A stretch of DNA of 64,000 nucleotides, from the IMG/VR virus record IMGVR_UViG_3300046546_000013; one strand, written 5' to 3'. Shown here piece by piece: positions 19,799-28,577 of this stretch. Positions within the stretch are counted from its first letter, which is position 1. Each line of letters opens with the position of its first letter. The notes under the pieces are model-generated. The model did not search any database. It was given only the letters and a program-made list of their open reading frames with translations, and had not been told where the DNA came from. The position numbers were made by a program, and so were the translations under genes. The DNA is from an uncultured virus (IMG/VR IMGVR_UViG_3300046546_000013) (taxonomy: Duplodnaviria > Heunggongvirae > Uroviricota > Caudoviricetes).

Positions 19799-21230
19799 CT
19801 TCTTCGTCCTCCTCTGGCTCATCATCCAAATCTGAATGACTATCTTCAGCTTGTACACCTAACACTTTAGCTTGGAGTTTCATGTTTTCCTCTTTTTGCT
19901 GATTCAGCATTTCAACCACTTCTTGTGGATTATCGATATCATCCAACCAACCTAAGCTAATTAATAACGGTATAAACTCTTGCGATTCCTTGATCTGATT
20001 TATGATATCCGATCGGTTGATTGGCAAGTTAGGTTTAAATTTGATAGTTGTTCCTTCGACATCCACATTATGACCTTTTACATTCAAAATATTTTGCAAC
20101 AGTTCCAAACGCTGCATGATCCCATCTTCCAAGTATCCAATTTTGATTGACAATACAAGCAGCAATCCAAACAACTTATATTTCATTGCTTCTCCGGATT
20201 GAGTACCAGCAAAGTTTTCATCATTCAGATTAGGTACATAGGTAGTCTTGTGGAAATCATCAAGTAAAGAGTCAGCAAGTGTTTGTACTTGAGTTTCATC
20301 AAACGTGTTAGTAGCATACTGAAAATCTCCACCATCTGATTTTGCTGGCGCTTCAATGGCCATGGTTCCATTTATCTCTTCTGGTTTTTCATCTGGCAAA
20401 CCAAATCCGAACATAATCATAATCGCTTTGACGAAGTTTTTCTTGTCTTTGATACGATCAGTTTGCAGAATATTATATCCATCAATCTGAGACAGTTGCT
20501 GCTCGTAGTCGCCTTGCTTTTCTTCGTTGTTTCTAAACTCAACCACAGGCACATCCTTGTAGTAATGTGATTTAACTTTAGGATTCGGAGATTTATTGAT
20601 TAGGCTTGTAGGATCTAATCGCTTCGTTTTAGATAGATAAGTGATCACCCACTTTTGAGTGTAAACTGTTATCTCCCAGAACGTTCTTCTTTTCAAGTCT
20701 CGTTTCTTGACCATACGAACAGCAAATAGTTTCGTGCGATCGATAGTATCATCAACCACTAAAAACATCCCTCTAGGGTCAATCCAAGCAATTTTAGGCA
20801 CTGTTTCCGGAACATCGTTTCCTTCTGTGCCAGGTTTAATAGCAAGGTAATGCAACTCAAGACCCATGCCCATTGTTGATAAACCTTTTTCTAGTTCCTT
20901 GTCGTGTTTCTTAATTTTCATCTTTTCTAATGCATCGGTAACTGGTGTAATATCTTTATCCTTTGCTGGTGCATAAGAGACAGGAGCGCCCACTGTGAAT
21001 CCCACCATCATATCCGTTACATATTTAGCATTGTTGACAAAGATTTCATCCATATCGTGTGGCGTTCGGATCTTCGTTTGTCCGACCTTATGTGGTTTAC
21101 CTTCGTAGTAATCAAACAACATATCAAGCCGCGGTATTTCTTTTTTATGCTCATCCATGCAAAAATTGATTACTTCCATACTTGGGTTATTAATATCACC
21201 AGCTAATTCACGATCAATAGCGATTGCCAT
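19791..21230 (-). CDS. Portal protein (SPP1 gp6-like)
   Basis: YYEGK, VPVVEFRNN and SGEAMKYK motifs. Confidence 0.9.
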   Translation of the reverse strand: MAIAIDRELAGDINNPSMEVINFCMDEHKKEIPRLDMLFDYYEGKPHKVGQTKIRTPHDMDEIFVNNAKYVTDMMVGFTVGAPVSYAPAKDKDITPVTDALEKMKIKKHDKELEKGLSTMGMGLELHYLAIKPGTEGNDVPETVPKIAWIDPRGMFLVVDDTIDRTKLFAVRMVKKRDLKRRTFWEITVYTQKWVITYLSKTKRLDPTSLINKSPNPKVKSHYYKDVPVVEFRNNEEKQGDYEQQLSQIDGYNILQTDRIKDKKNFVKAIMIMFGFGLPDEKPEEINGTMAIEAPAKSDGGDFQYATNTFDETQVQTLADSLLDDFHKTTYVPNLNDENFAGTQSGEAMKYKLFGLLLVLSIKIGYLEDGIMQRLELLQNILNVKGHNVDVEGTTIKFKPNLPINRSDIINQIKESQEFIPLLISLGWLDDIDNPQEVVEMLNQQKEENMKLQAKVLGVQAEDSHSDLDDEPEEDEEDE

Positions 21231-21243
21231 TCTTTCACCTTCT

Positions 21244-22539
21244 TTATTCCATCCATGTAGGACGATTAGTAATTTTAACTTTGTTGCTCTTGAAGATAAT
21301 CGTGTAAACGAAATATCTTACGGCATCCATTGCATGGTCATTTTGCTTTATAGGCTTATCCTCTCCACGATCCATTGCTTTAGAATCCCATATATAAGAA
21401 CTAAATTCCTTTAGGGTATTCACACAAGAGGAATTAAACGCTATTTTTTCTTCGTTAAGAAGAGTACCAACAAAACGAATGCCATCTAGCACATCATTTT
21501 TTGCTTTTCTTATTTTGAAGTTTCTCTTCTTTAATTCGGCAATAAAAGAAGCAGCGGACGGATCCACAATCACTTCTTTAATACGGATGCCTTCTGTAAA
21601 CTTCTGTAATTCATCAGCAAATTCACTATCGGTCTTTTGTTTCTTGCTATCACGTCCAGAATAATAGAATTCTTTTACGCAATACCAGATGCCATCTTTG
21701 CCTTTTTGCCACAACAAAAATACGGTAGCGTTCTGCGTACCGTAGTCAATGCTTATATAATTATCACCAAAGATGAAATCAACTAATTTATTGTAGACAT
21801 GCTTTGATTGATCAAACATATCGTAAATGATACCTTCAGCAACTGTCCACAAACCAAGAATATACCGTTTGTAGAAGACTCCTGAATACATGCTGCGATA
21901 TCTCTTCTTGATAGACTCATCTAAACTAAGATTGTCATCCATCGTAAAGTGAAGATACACCAAATTTTTTTCTTTAATCTTGTCAATCCAATTCAGTTTG
22001 AACCAATGATATGGGCCATCTGGGTTGCAGTTAAACCAAAACTTGGAACCTTTCTCGGAACAACGCCCAGTCGCTTGGTTTACAAAGGATTCTGGCATAA
22101 GTGCTACTTCATCAAAAAACATGCCAGCTAATGTAATACCTTGAATCAAGTCTTGAGATCGTTCATCTTTACCACCAAAAACATAGAAGTAATTGGTATT
22201 GCCTTTTTTAGTGACTTCCAGCATGTTGTCAGCACGATGGTCTTTGTAACGATATCCTCTTGATAGAAGCATGAGTTTTAACCAAAAAAGAACATTCCGC
22301 CGAAATGAGCCGATTGTTTTACCTGCCATACCAAGGTTTTTGCTGTCAAATGTTGACATAGCCCACATGACATAAGATAAACACATTGAAATAGTCTTGC
22401 CAGAACGAATAGCGCCATCTGCTATGATCCCGTCTTTATCTTTGACAGCAGACTTTTTTGTCCACCATGTAAGAATCATCTTCTGCTTTTTGCTGAAAGG
22501 TTTGAATTTGAAAACCGCCTGTTTTACTCTTCTGGCCAT
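21244..22539 (-). CDS. terL: Terminase large subunit (PBSX family)
   Basis: DGAIRSGKT Walker A, FFDE Walker B, NCNP and DHAMDA motifs. Confidence 0.92.
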   Translation of the reverse strand: MARRVKQAVFKFKPFSKKQKMILTWWTKKSAVKDKDGIIADGAIRSGKTISMCLSYVMWAMSTFDSKNLGMAGKTIGSFRRNVLFWLKLMLLSRGYRYKDHRADNMLEVTKKGNTNYFYVFGGKDERSQDLIQGITLAGMFFDEVALMPESFVNQATGRCSEKGSKFWFNCNPDGPYHWFKLNWIDKIKEKNLVYLHFTMDDNLSLDESIKKRYRSMYSGVFYKRYILGLWTVAEGIIYDMFDQSKHVYNKLVDFIFGDNYISIDYGTQNATVFLLWQKGKDGIWYCVKEFYYSGRDSKKQKTDSEFADELQKFTEGIRIKEVIVDPSAASFIAELKKRNFKIRKAKNDVLDGIRFVGTLLNEEKIAFNSSCVNTLKEFSSYIWDSKAMDRGEDKPIKQNDHAMDAVRYFVYTIIFKSNKVKITNRPTWME

Positions 22540-23384
22540 AGTTCTTCACCTTCAGCTTCCAATGCTGCCAAGAAACCATCGTCTTCCATATCAAACTCTT
22601 CGCTGCCATCCTTATTCTTAGCAATAGCCGCAGCAATCTGCACTTCTCGCAACCGATCACCGCCAAGATATTTCATGAGTTCTGACATGGCTTTTTGTTT
22701 GTCATAAAGTTTGACCGATATGCCGTCTTTCCCCTTTTTGACTTCTTGAATAAGCGTACCATCAACCTCTTCACTACTCTTCAGTGCAACCTGTGATGAT
22801 TTGTACGTTTCTAACTCCCCAGTAAACTCGTTAAACACCTCTCGCTTCTCACCAGCATCATCATACTCATATAGTTTGTGTTCTGTTGATGAGAACTCAA
22901 CGAAATCAGTGATATCAGCAAACGCCTGCTTTGCGTATTCTCTTATCAGATCTTTTACATCAAGAAAGACATCTTGCTGCAATTCCGCCTTCAGCCTTCT
23001 TAACTCGACCTTTATGCTATCTTTTGCTATCAATCTTATGCTGTTAGACCTAGCGGAATTATAGTCGCATCCATACGCTTGTTGATACGCCTTCGTTGCA
23101 TTAAATGATTGTAAATAGTAAAGACAGAACAACTTTTGTTGCTCTGTCAGGTCATCGTTATTAATTATTAATTGCGGTGAATCATTTGCCTTATCGGAGT
23201 GTTCCTTTTTATTCGGAGCGCTCCTTTTGGAATCGGAACGCTCCCAGTTATCTTGTGATTTCCATTTTCTGATAGTTGACGGACGTTCTCCTAATTCCTT
23301 GGCTATATCTACTAAAGGTCGTTCTTTTGATTTTAGCCACAATTTATAGGCTTTATCTCTATTTGGGTTTCTTTGTCTAGCCAT
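22524..23384 (-). CDS. terS: Terminase small subunit
   Basis: N-terminal HTH (TIRKWKSQDNW), FNATKAY motif; overlaps terL. Confidence 0.88.
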   Translation of the reverse strand: MARQRNPNRDKAYKLWLKSKERPLVDIAKELGERPSTIRKWKSQDNWERSDSKRSAPNKKEHSDKANDSPQLIINNDDLTEQQKLFCLYYLQSFNATKAYQQAYGCDYNSARSNSIRLIAKDSIKVELRRLKAELQQDVFLDVKDLIREYAKQAFADITDFVEFSSTEHKLYEYDDAGEKREVFNEFTGELETYKSSQVALKSSEEVDGTLIQEVKKGKDGISVKLYDKQKAMSELMKYLGGDRLREVQIAAAIAKNKDGSEEFDMEDDGFLAALEAEGEELWPEE

Positions 23385-23430
23385 CCATTCACCACCACCT
23401 CACAGTCTGTGTTGTTTTGTAATAGTATGT

Positions 23431-23459
23431 AAAAAAAGACACCCTGTTTTTAGGGTGTC
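23431..23459 (-). terminator. Intrinsic terminator
   Basis: GACACCCT-aaaaac-AGGGTGTC followed by T7 on the minus strand. Confidence 0.8.
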
Positions 23460-23465
23460 AACCAA

Positions 23466-23864
23466 TTATTTTTTGAACCAATCAAGATAGCTTTCTATCG
23501 ATTTTAAATCAAATAGTTCGCCATTACCCTCATAGACGGCTTTTCCATCTCTATAAATGATATCGTCAATCTTTGTTGCATCTAAAACTCCCGGCTCATA
23601 CACTATAACCTCGATATGTGAATCTCCATCATAATCGACTTTTATTTGGCGGTCTCCGATGCTGAGTACAGTTCCTCTACGGTTCCCAGTTTTCGCTACG
23701 TTGATATTGTTCTGATTTTCATCGATGTTAAGATCCTCAGTCAATTTATTCTTTAAATTAAAGAATTCACTTGCGATATCATCTATAACGCGCTTCATTA
23801 TCGTCAGCTTAGATGTTTCAGGTAGTTGACTACCTACATATTCTTTCAACTCTTCGTAATTCAT
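23466..23864 (-). CDS. Moron-like hypothetical protein (132 aa)
   Basis: GGAGGGTG RBS before MNYEEL; flanked by terminators. Confidence 0.7.
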   Translation of the reverse strand: MNYEELKEYVGSQLPETSKLTIMKRVIDDIASEFFNLKNKLTEDLNIDENQNNINVAKTGNRRGTVLSIGDRQIKVDYDGDSHIEVIVYEPGVLDATKIDDIIYRDGKAVYEGNGELFDLKSIESYLDWFKK

Positions 23865-23920
23865 GCTTATCACCCTCCATTCAAAACAATAATAATTGTT
23901 ATTTAGAACGAAAGCAATGT

Positions 23921-23944
23921 AAAAAAGCAGCCCCGAGGGACTGC
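23921..23944 (-). terminator. Intrinsic terminator ending the late leader RNA
   Basis: GCAGTCCC-tc-GGGGCTGC followed by TTTTTT. Confidence 0.75.
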
Positions 23945-23996
23945 AAAGTAGGAAGTACCAAAGATCATGTGAGTAATCTAATCGACAACTCCCAAA

Positions 23997-24081
23997 GCCA
24001 CTGGTGAGGACTTGAACCTCACTTACGAGTCGTACACATTCTATGCATAGCCTCTGCATTTCCCCGGTCTGCCACAGTGAC
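23997..24081 (-). ncRNA. tRNA-like element with no canonical anticodon arm
   Basis: 7-bp acceptor GTCACTG/CAGTGGC; D-like arm; T arm GTGAGG-TTCAAGT-CCTCAC. Confidence 0.7.
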
Positions 24082-24255
24082 ATAAAATTAAGACGGCTAG
24101 CGAATGAAGATAAGGAGTGTGTTCAACTCCATTCATTTTAAATTTTTGGGTGCCGTCTTAATTAAATACAGGGCGCTGAAAGGTAATCACGAAAGTAGGT
24201 CTGCCAACGAATCATAAAGGAGTGCGCCCTGATATTTAAAAATTTCTACAATACT

Positions 24256-24302
24256 ATTGTATCACTGGATTTGTTGCATGTGTGTGCATGTTTTGTGCAT
24301 GG
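24256..24302 (-). promoter_or_regulatory. Putative late promoter with activator-binding repeats
   Basis: Three CATGCA repeats followed by extended -10 TGATACAAT, right after the activator stop codon. Confidence 0.65.
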
Positions 24303-24303
24303 G

Positions 24304-24822
24304 CTACCAATCATTAATCATGTCGATACCAAACAGAACTACCGATAAATCTTCAAGCGCTTCTTTACAGTTGCGACTAATAGTAGAACGATCAACATGT
24401 AATTGCTCTGCTAATTTATCATCATTCAACAATGGACGCTCAATAAACTTTTTGTTAATGATTCGCCACTTCCGCTTGTCTTCCGGCTTACCTGTTGAAA
24501 GACAAATCTCCTTATAAGCTTCTAGGCATATATCAACATGCTTCATAAGCTTAACTGATTTCGCTTTATTTTGCATCAGTAAATCGAGGTTCAACCACTT
24601 ATGCTCCCAAAATGTTCCTTGCACTTCCTCTACATGCTCCTCAACCGCTTCACTATGGGCTTTTAACTTGTGATAGTTGTTCATCAGCAATCTTGTATTG
24701 TGAAAAGCTCTTTTCTTGAACTGTTTTTTCTCATATTCCCTGTCTTTTTGAATTCCTTTCCTAATTTTTAGAGCTAGTTCATCTAATTGTTTATCTGAAA
24801 GTTCATGAACATTAATTTCCAA
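24304..24822 (-). CDS. Late transcriptional activator (RinA/ArpU-like)
   Basis: C-terminal HTH (LAEQLHVDRSTISR..LFGID); last early gene before terS; start refined by GAGGAGG RBS. Confidence 0.75.
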   Translation of the reverse strand: MEINVHELSDKQLDELALKIRKGIQKDREYEKKQFKKRAFHNTRLLMNNYHKLKAHSEAVEEHVEEVQGTFWEHKWLNLDLLMQNKAKSVKLMKHVDICLEAYKEICLSTGKPEDKRKWRIINKKFIERPLLNDDKLAEQLHVDRSTISRNCKEALEDLSVVLFGIDMINDW

Positions 24823-24942
24823 TAACTGGACCTCCTCTTTATTTCCACCTTGACTCGGGCGTCTAGATGAATACATTTCTTTTTTATTTACATTATTTTA
24901 ATAATCGAGGTATATAATATAATTATGAAAGGGGTGAAGACC

Positions 24943-25104
24943 ATGAGTGAACAATTACAAGTACCTTTTGTACACATCACTTTAAATACTATTTCAAATC
25001 TTTTTCTTGTTTATTATGAAAACAATCCAGAAGTTTTTGCATGTGGTATAACTATAGAAAAAGCTTTAGATAATCTGTACAAAGTTACTAGCAGACACTA
25101 CTAA
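24943..25104 (+). CDS. Small HicB-fold-like protein (53 aa; not in the ORF track)
   Basis: AAGGGGTG RBS; FLVYYENNPEVFACGITIEKALDNL motif; own terminator. Confidence 0.6.
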   Translation: MSEQLQVPFVHITLNTISNLFLVYYENNPEVFACGITIEKALDNLYKVTSRHY

Positions 25105-25196
25105 AAAGTAGTGCTTTTTTTATTTTCCAAAATGTAAGCCATGTTGATGTTCTTCATCAATGATTAAAACTCTTCAAGGTCTTACCAAGGACTTTT

Positions 25197-25373
25197 TTAT
25201 TTAATGTTCCATTTACCTTGGCTTTTTCTAGCAACTTGCGCTTCTCCTTTTTTACTTTCGATTTTTTCTTTGGCAATGGCTTCTTTCTCCTTTTCATCTA
25301 ATTCTTTACCGAAAATCACACTTGCAAATACTGTGCCAAAAAGTGCCACGGCTACTAACACTGCGAAATCCAT
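25197..25373 (-). CDS. Small membrane protein (58 aa)
   Basis: MDFAVLVAVALFGTVF TM followed by a charged tail. Confidence 0.6.
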   Translation of the reverse strand: MDFAVLVAVALFGTVFASVIFGKELDEKEKEAIAKEKIESKKGEAQVARKSQGKWNIK

Positions 25374-25376
25374 CTT

Positions 25377-25577
25377 TCATCCCCCTGCTTCCATCGCATC
25401 CCTGACTAACGGATCGTTGATAATAATCTTGTACTTCATCTGCTCATGCTGCAGCTGTTCATGTAACTGCTCAATTTGCTTTTGTTGGTCCACAATTGTA
25501 TAGGATAGCCAACTCAAGCCGGCGATCGTTAGCAGTATTGATACCATAGCTAGTACTGTGTAATGATTAACTTTCAT
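25377..25577 (-). CDS. Small membrane/coiled-coil protein
   Basis: TM followed by a Q-rich coil. Confidence 0.6.
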   Translation of the reverse strand: MKVNHYTVLAMVSILLTIAGLSWLSYTIVDQQKQIEQLHEQLQHEQMKYKIIINDPLVRDAMEAGG

Positions 25578-26055
25578 TGGCTTTCAACTCCCAAAATGGC
25601 GCCAATTTATATAGTTTTCCGACTTCTCTATTCAGCGAACGAACCATACTTTCTAGTACAGTCGCCCTAGTTCCGATTGTGACATTTCGCTTTTTGGCTT
25701 TTTTAACGCTTGTTATGCCGATGTTGTGGCTGAGTTCATCAAAAATCAAAATGCCCTCATGATAGTATTTCCAACCTAAATCTTGATCGGCTTGGATTGC
25801 TTCCCATAGTTCGTTAGTTACCACGAGATAGTTATAATCACCGATAAACGTTTGACCTGCCTTTGATTTCAAATCAGCTAGCGTGACTTTGATCTCATAA
25901 CAGCGAATCGTGTTATCTGTTGAATACGTGATATAGTCCACTCGCTCTTTGCCGTACCAACCGATAGTGACTTCAAAACATCCGAAAACACCCATTTTAT
26001 TTGTATAGTTCCATAAGCATTTCTCTGCTTGTCTGGTTAAATTTGTTTTACTCAT
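25567..26055 (-). CDS. PD-(D/E)xK nuclease-like protein (MmcB-like)
   Basis: E..VD...CYEIK...D motif. Confidence 0.55.
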   Translation of the reverse strand: MSKTNLTRQAEKCLWNYTNKMGVFGCFEVTIGWYGKERVDYITYSTDNTIRCYEIKVTLADLKSKAGQTFIGDYNYLVVTNELWEAIQADQDLGWKYYHEGILIFDELSHNIGITSVKKAKKRNVTIGTRATVLESMVRSLNREVGKLYKLAPFWELKANES

Positions 26056-26599
26056 CGGCTTGTTCCAACAGTTCTGGGTTCTCGTAGATGTTGCCTAAAA
26101 TAGTTATATCGCTAGATGCTAAGTTAAAATTGTGCAAGAATATTTCTTCTAAATCTTCCGCATCAGGTAAACTCGTAGAAACAGAAATACCATCAATTTC
26201 ACTAGGTATAGGTTGGGGAGTGTCGAAATCATACTTGGCATCTTTGATTACCCATGCTGTTCCTGTTTCATCTGTATCAACCACACCGATCATATGATTT
26301 TCTTGGTAATAGCCCATAGGCCACTCTTCCCAAAAGATATCAATGATGTCACCTCTATAAACGTCCTTTTCTTCATCGTCTTCGTGGGAATCTGACATAT
26401 ACCCTTTCAAGCCAGTGGATTGCATCAGCACACACGTACCTAAGCCATCATCATCTAATGCAGACCATACGTCCCTTGGCTTACCGTTATCAACTACCCT
26501 AAATTTAACTTGTGTATGTTGCACTTCGCTAAAGCCTAAACTGGTCACTTTACCCATAAGTTTGTCATTTTTATCCCACGCTCTAAATTTTGGTACCAT
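26048..26599 (-). CDS. YopX family protein
   Basis: PKFRAWDK, LMQSTGL and ILGNIYENPELL motifs. Confidence 0.85.
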   Translation of the reverse strand: MVPKFRAWDKNDKLMGKVTSLGFSEVQHTQVKFRVVDNGKPRDVWSALDDDGLGTCVLMQSTGLKGYMSDSHEDDEEKDVYRGDIIDIFWEEWPMGYYQENHMIGVVDTDETGTAWVIKDAKYDFDTPQPIPSEIDGISVSTSLPDAEDLEEIFLHNFNLASSDITILGNIYENPELLEQADE

Positions 26600-26600
26600 C

Positions 26601-26795
26601 TTATCCCTCCTGTTCAATCAAACGAATAGCACGACCGCAAGCAAGCTCATTGTTAAATCTGTAAATATTTTTCCTTACAGAATCCAGATTTTCTTCTTTA
26701 ACTTCTTGATTCATTTTGTATGAAAAATTTGCCCAATCATTAAAGGAATCAAGCCATCCTTGTTCTTCGTTGTCAGTAGTAATGATATATTTCAT
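26601..26795 (-). CDS. Phage hypothetical protein
   Basis: GGAGGG RBS. Confidence 0.65.
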   Translation of the reverse strand: MKYIITTDNEEQGWLDSFNDWANFSYKMNQEVKEENLDSVRKNIYRFNNELACGRAIRLIEQEG

Positions 26796-26797
26796 TC

Positions 26798-27307
26798 TTA
26801 TCCCTCCTGTTCATCCTGTTGGATTTGATCAATCAAATTAATGACTTGACCTTTGCTTAGATTACCTTTGATCCCCAATATTTTCTTTTTCAGATTCAGT
26901 TTAATCGCAGCCGTAGTTTCCTTTGAAACCTTGTCAGATACTCTTTCAGCAATTTTCTTTTCTTGTCTTTTTAACTCGTAGACTTCATCAGCTAATTGCT
27001 TTTTTTCGATCATCAGCGTATTATTTTTTGATTCTAGATCTTCTATCCGAGACTTATAACGGTCGATGCTGTATAGTCTTCCATTCAAATCCGCAATTGT
27101 TTTTTCTTTGTTCTCCAGTACGACTTTCAAGGCTTCAAATTGCTGCAGATCATTTTGAAGTTTTTTGATTTCAGAATCTTTCTGTTCAATTTGCAATTCC
27201 AAAGCCTTTTCTTTCTCATATCCTTGGACTACATATTTTTTCAGATTATCTACGGGAATTTGATCAGCTAAATCATATTCTTTTTTCTTCTTTGTTAATC
27301 CGAACAT
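26798..27307 (-). CDS. Coiled-coil hypothetical protein
   Basis: RBS; heptad pattern. Confidence 0.7.
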   Translation of the reverse strand: MFGLTKKKKEYDLADQIPVDNLKKYVVQGYEKEKALELQIEQKDSEIKKLQNDLQQFEALKVVLENKEKTIADLNGRLYSIDRYKSRIEDLESKNNTLMIEKKQLADEVYELKRQEKKIAERVSDKVSKETTAAIKLNLKKKILGIKGNLSKGQVINLIDQIQQDEQEG

Positions 27308-27351
27308 CTTATCCCTCCGTTCATGATATAATCGCCATAGGAGGCGATCGT

Positions 27352-27612
27352 ATGAAAATTACTGTTGATCTAAACTCAGTTGTTCCAATAGCCGTCATTG
27401 ATGCTGTTAATGAAATGATGTATCCATTACGAGTCATCGAATTAAGCGATGATCCTAACGAATTTCTGAAACAACTGAGTATTTACATAAATGAGTATTC
27501 TGATGAATTTTCTGAAATTCTTAAGCAACAGTTTATGGTTAGAGTGACCGAACGTGTTGCAGTTGATCTGAAAACACAAGGAATTTCAATAGTTCCAAAA
27601 GAAGACTCTTAG
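27352..27612 (+). CDS. Antisense-oriented hypothetical protein (86 aa)
   Basis: TGATATAAT, AGGAGG RBS and terminator aagactc..gggtcttttt. Confidence 0.7.
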   Translation: MKITVDLNSVVPIAVIDAVNEMMYPLRVIELSDDPNEFLKQLSIYINEYSDEFSEILKQQFMVRVTERVAVDLKTQGISIVPKEDS

Positions 27613-27622
27613 TGGGTCTTTT

Positions 27623-27648
27623 TTCCGTTATCGCTGACGATTACTGAC
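27623..27648. repeat. Putative recombination site R5
   Basis: ttccgttat-cgctgacg-attactgac. Confidence 0.6.
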
Positions 27649-27769
27649 TTATTTGTTTTTTTACAATCTAAAGATTTTTTATTATCAAAAAATCAAATAA
27701 CGATATTTTCAATTCATTTACATTAATTCTATTAATTAGTATATAATCTAACTGAAAGGTGGTTTATCT

Positions 27770-28078
27770 ATGAAAAAAATTTGTTTTGTCTTAGTGCTCA
27801 ATAATGTAATGTCGTATACGCCATTATCTCCGGGACTTCTTTTTAAAAAAGATACAAGCCTTAAAGATTATTTCTCTCAGTTTTACGATGTTTCAGTAAA
27901 TTATCTTAGGGACAAAGATAATGTTGACTACTTGGTCCTTCCTGAGCCATTCGTTCCTTTTGATAATGAAAACAACCTTCCTATCATAAAAGTTCCTTCT
28001 AAATTCTTTCTGACTAAAGATTTTGAAAAAATTAAAGAGTACATTGATGACTACTTTAAAGAAAACGATGATAAGTAA
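27770..28078 (+). CDS. Hypothetical protein in the R5-R4 interval
   Basis: Own promoter-like TTTACA..TATAAT and GAAAGGTG RBS. Confidence 0.7.
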   Translation: MKKICFVLVLNNVMSYTPLSPGLLFKKDTSLKDYFSQFYDVSVNYLRDKDNVDYLVLPEPFVPFDNENNLPIIKVPSKFFLTKDFEKIKEYIDDYFKENDDK

Positions 28079-28129
28079 CGCTATCCTCGATCGTTTATAG
28101 CCCCTACTGGTTGATATCATTATCAATCA

Positions 28130-28155
28130 GTTTTTTATTTCGTCGGATAGCTGAC
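28130..28155. repeat. Putative recombination site R4
   Basis: gttttttat-ttcgtcgg-atagctgac. Confidence 0.6.
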
Positions 28156-28156
28156 T

Positions 28157-28375
28157 TCAATTTGCTTTTTGATTAGTTATCCGATTCAAGAATTCTTTTT
28201 CAAATAGTATAGTGTTAGTGTTGAACCAATTAGCCAGCTTTAAATCATCACCACTAAGCCAATGTGTTCCGTTTATTAACCAATCAACGTCCGCACTATA
28301 TAAATCATGCAAAGATCGATATTTTTCAGATAGTCGGTTAATTTCATTAATTACCATAACTGGTATTTTCTTCAT
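28157..28375 (-). CDS. Hypothetical protein
   Basis: GGAGG RBS; stop codon 1 nt from R4. Confidence 0.65.
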   Translation of the reverse strand: MKKIPVMVINEINRLSEKYRSLHDLYSADVDWLINGTHWLSGDDLKLANWFNTNTILFEKEFLNRITNQKAN

Positions 28376-28539
28376 CGAAGTTCCTCCGATTTCAGTCTTG
28401 CTTTCAATTCTTCCAGATCCTTTTCAGCAAATATTCTGTTTCCATGCCATTTTGAAATGAACTCAAAGTCGTTAGTTTCCAGCGCTTCTTCTAGAGCAGC
28501 GATTTTCTTTTCGATAATTCTCAAACTTGCTTTGCTCAT
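28372..28539 (-). CDS. Hypothetical protein (55 aa, MSKASLRII; not in the track)
   Basis: GGAGGG RBS next to R3; ATGA overlap with the next gene. Confidence 0.65.
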   Translation of the reverse strand: MSKASLRIIEKKIAALEEALETNDFEFISKWHGNRIFAEKDLEELKARLKSEELR

Positions 28540-28551
28540 GTTTTCCCTCCA

Positions 28552-28577
28552 GTTTTCTATTTTGGTGGATAGTGGAA
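28552..28577. repeat. Putative recombination site R3
   Basis: gttttctat-tttggtgg-atagtggaa. Confidence 0.6.

Noticed and set aside
23997..24081. Functional decoding tRNA
   Set aside because: No 5-bp anticodon stem with a 7-nt loop could be formed
23865..24083. N-terminal extension of ORF 23466..24083
   Set aside because: Runs through a terminator and the tRNA-like element; the RBS supports a start at 23864
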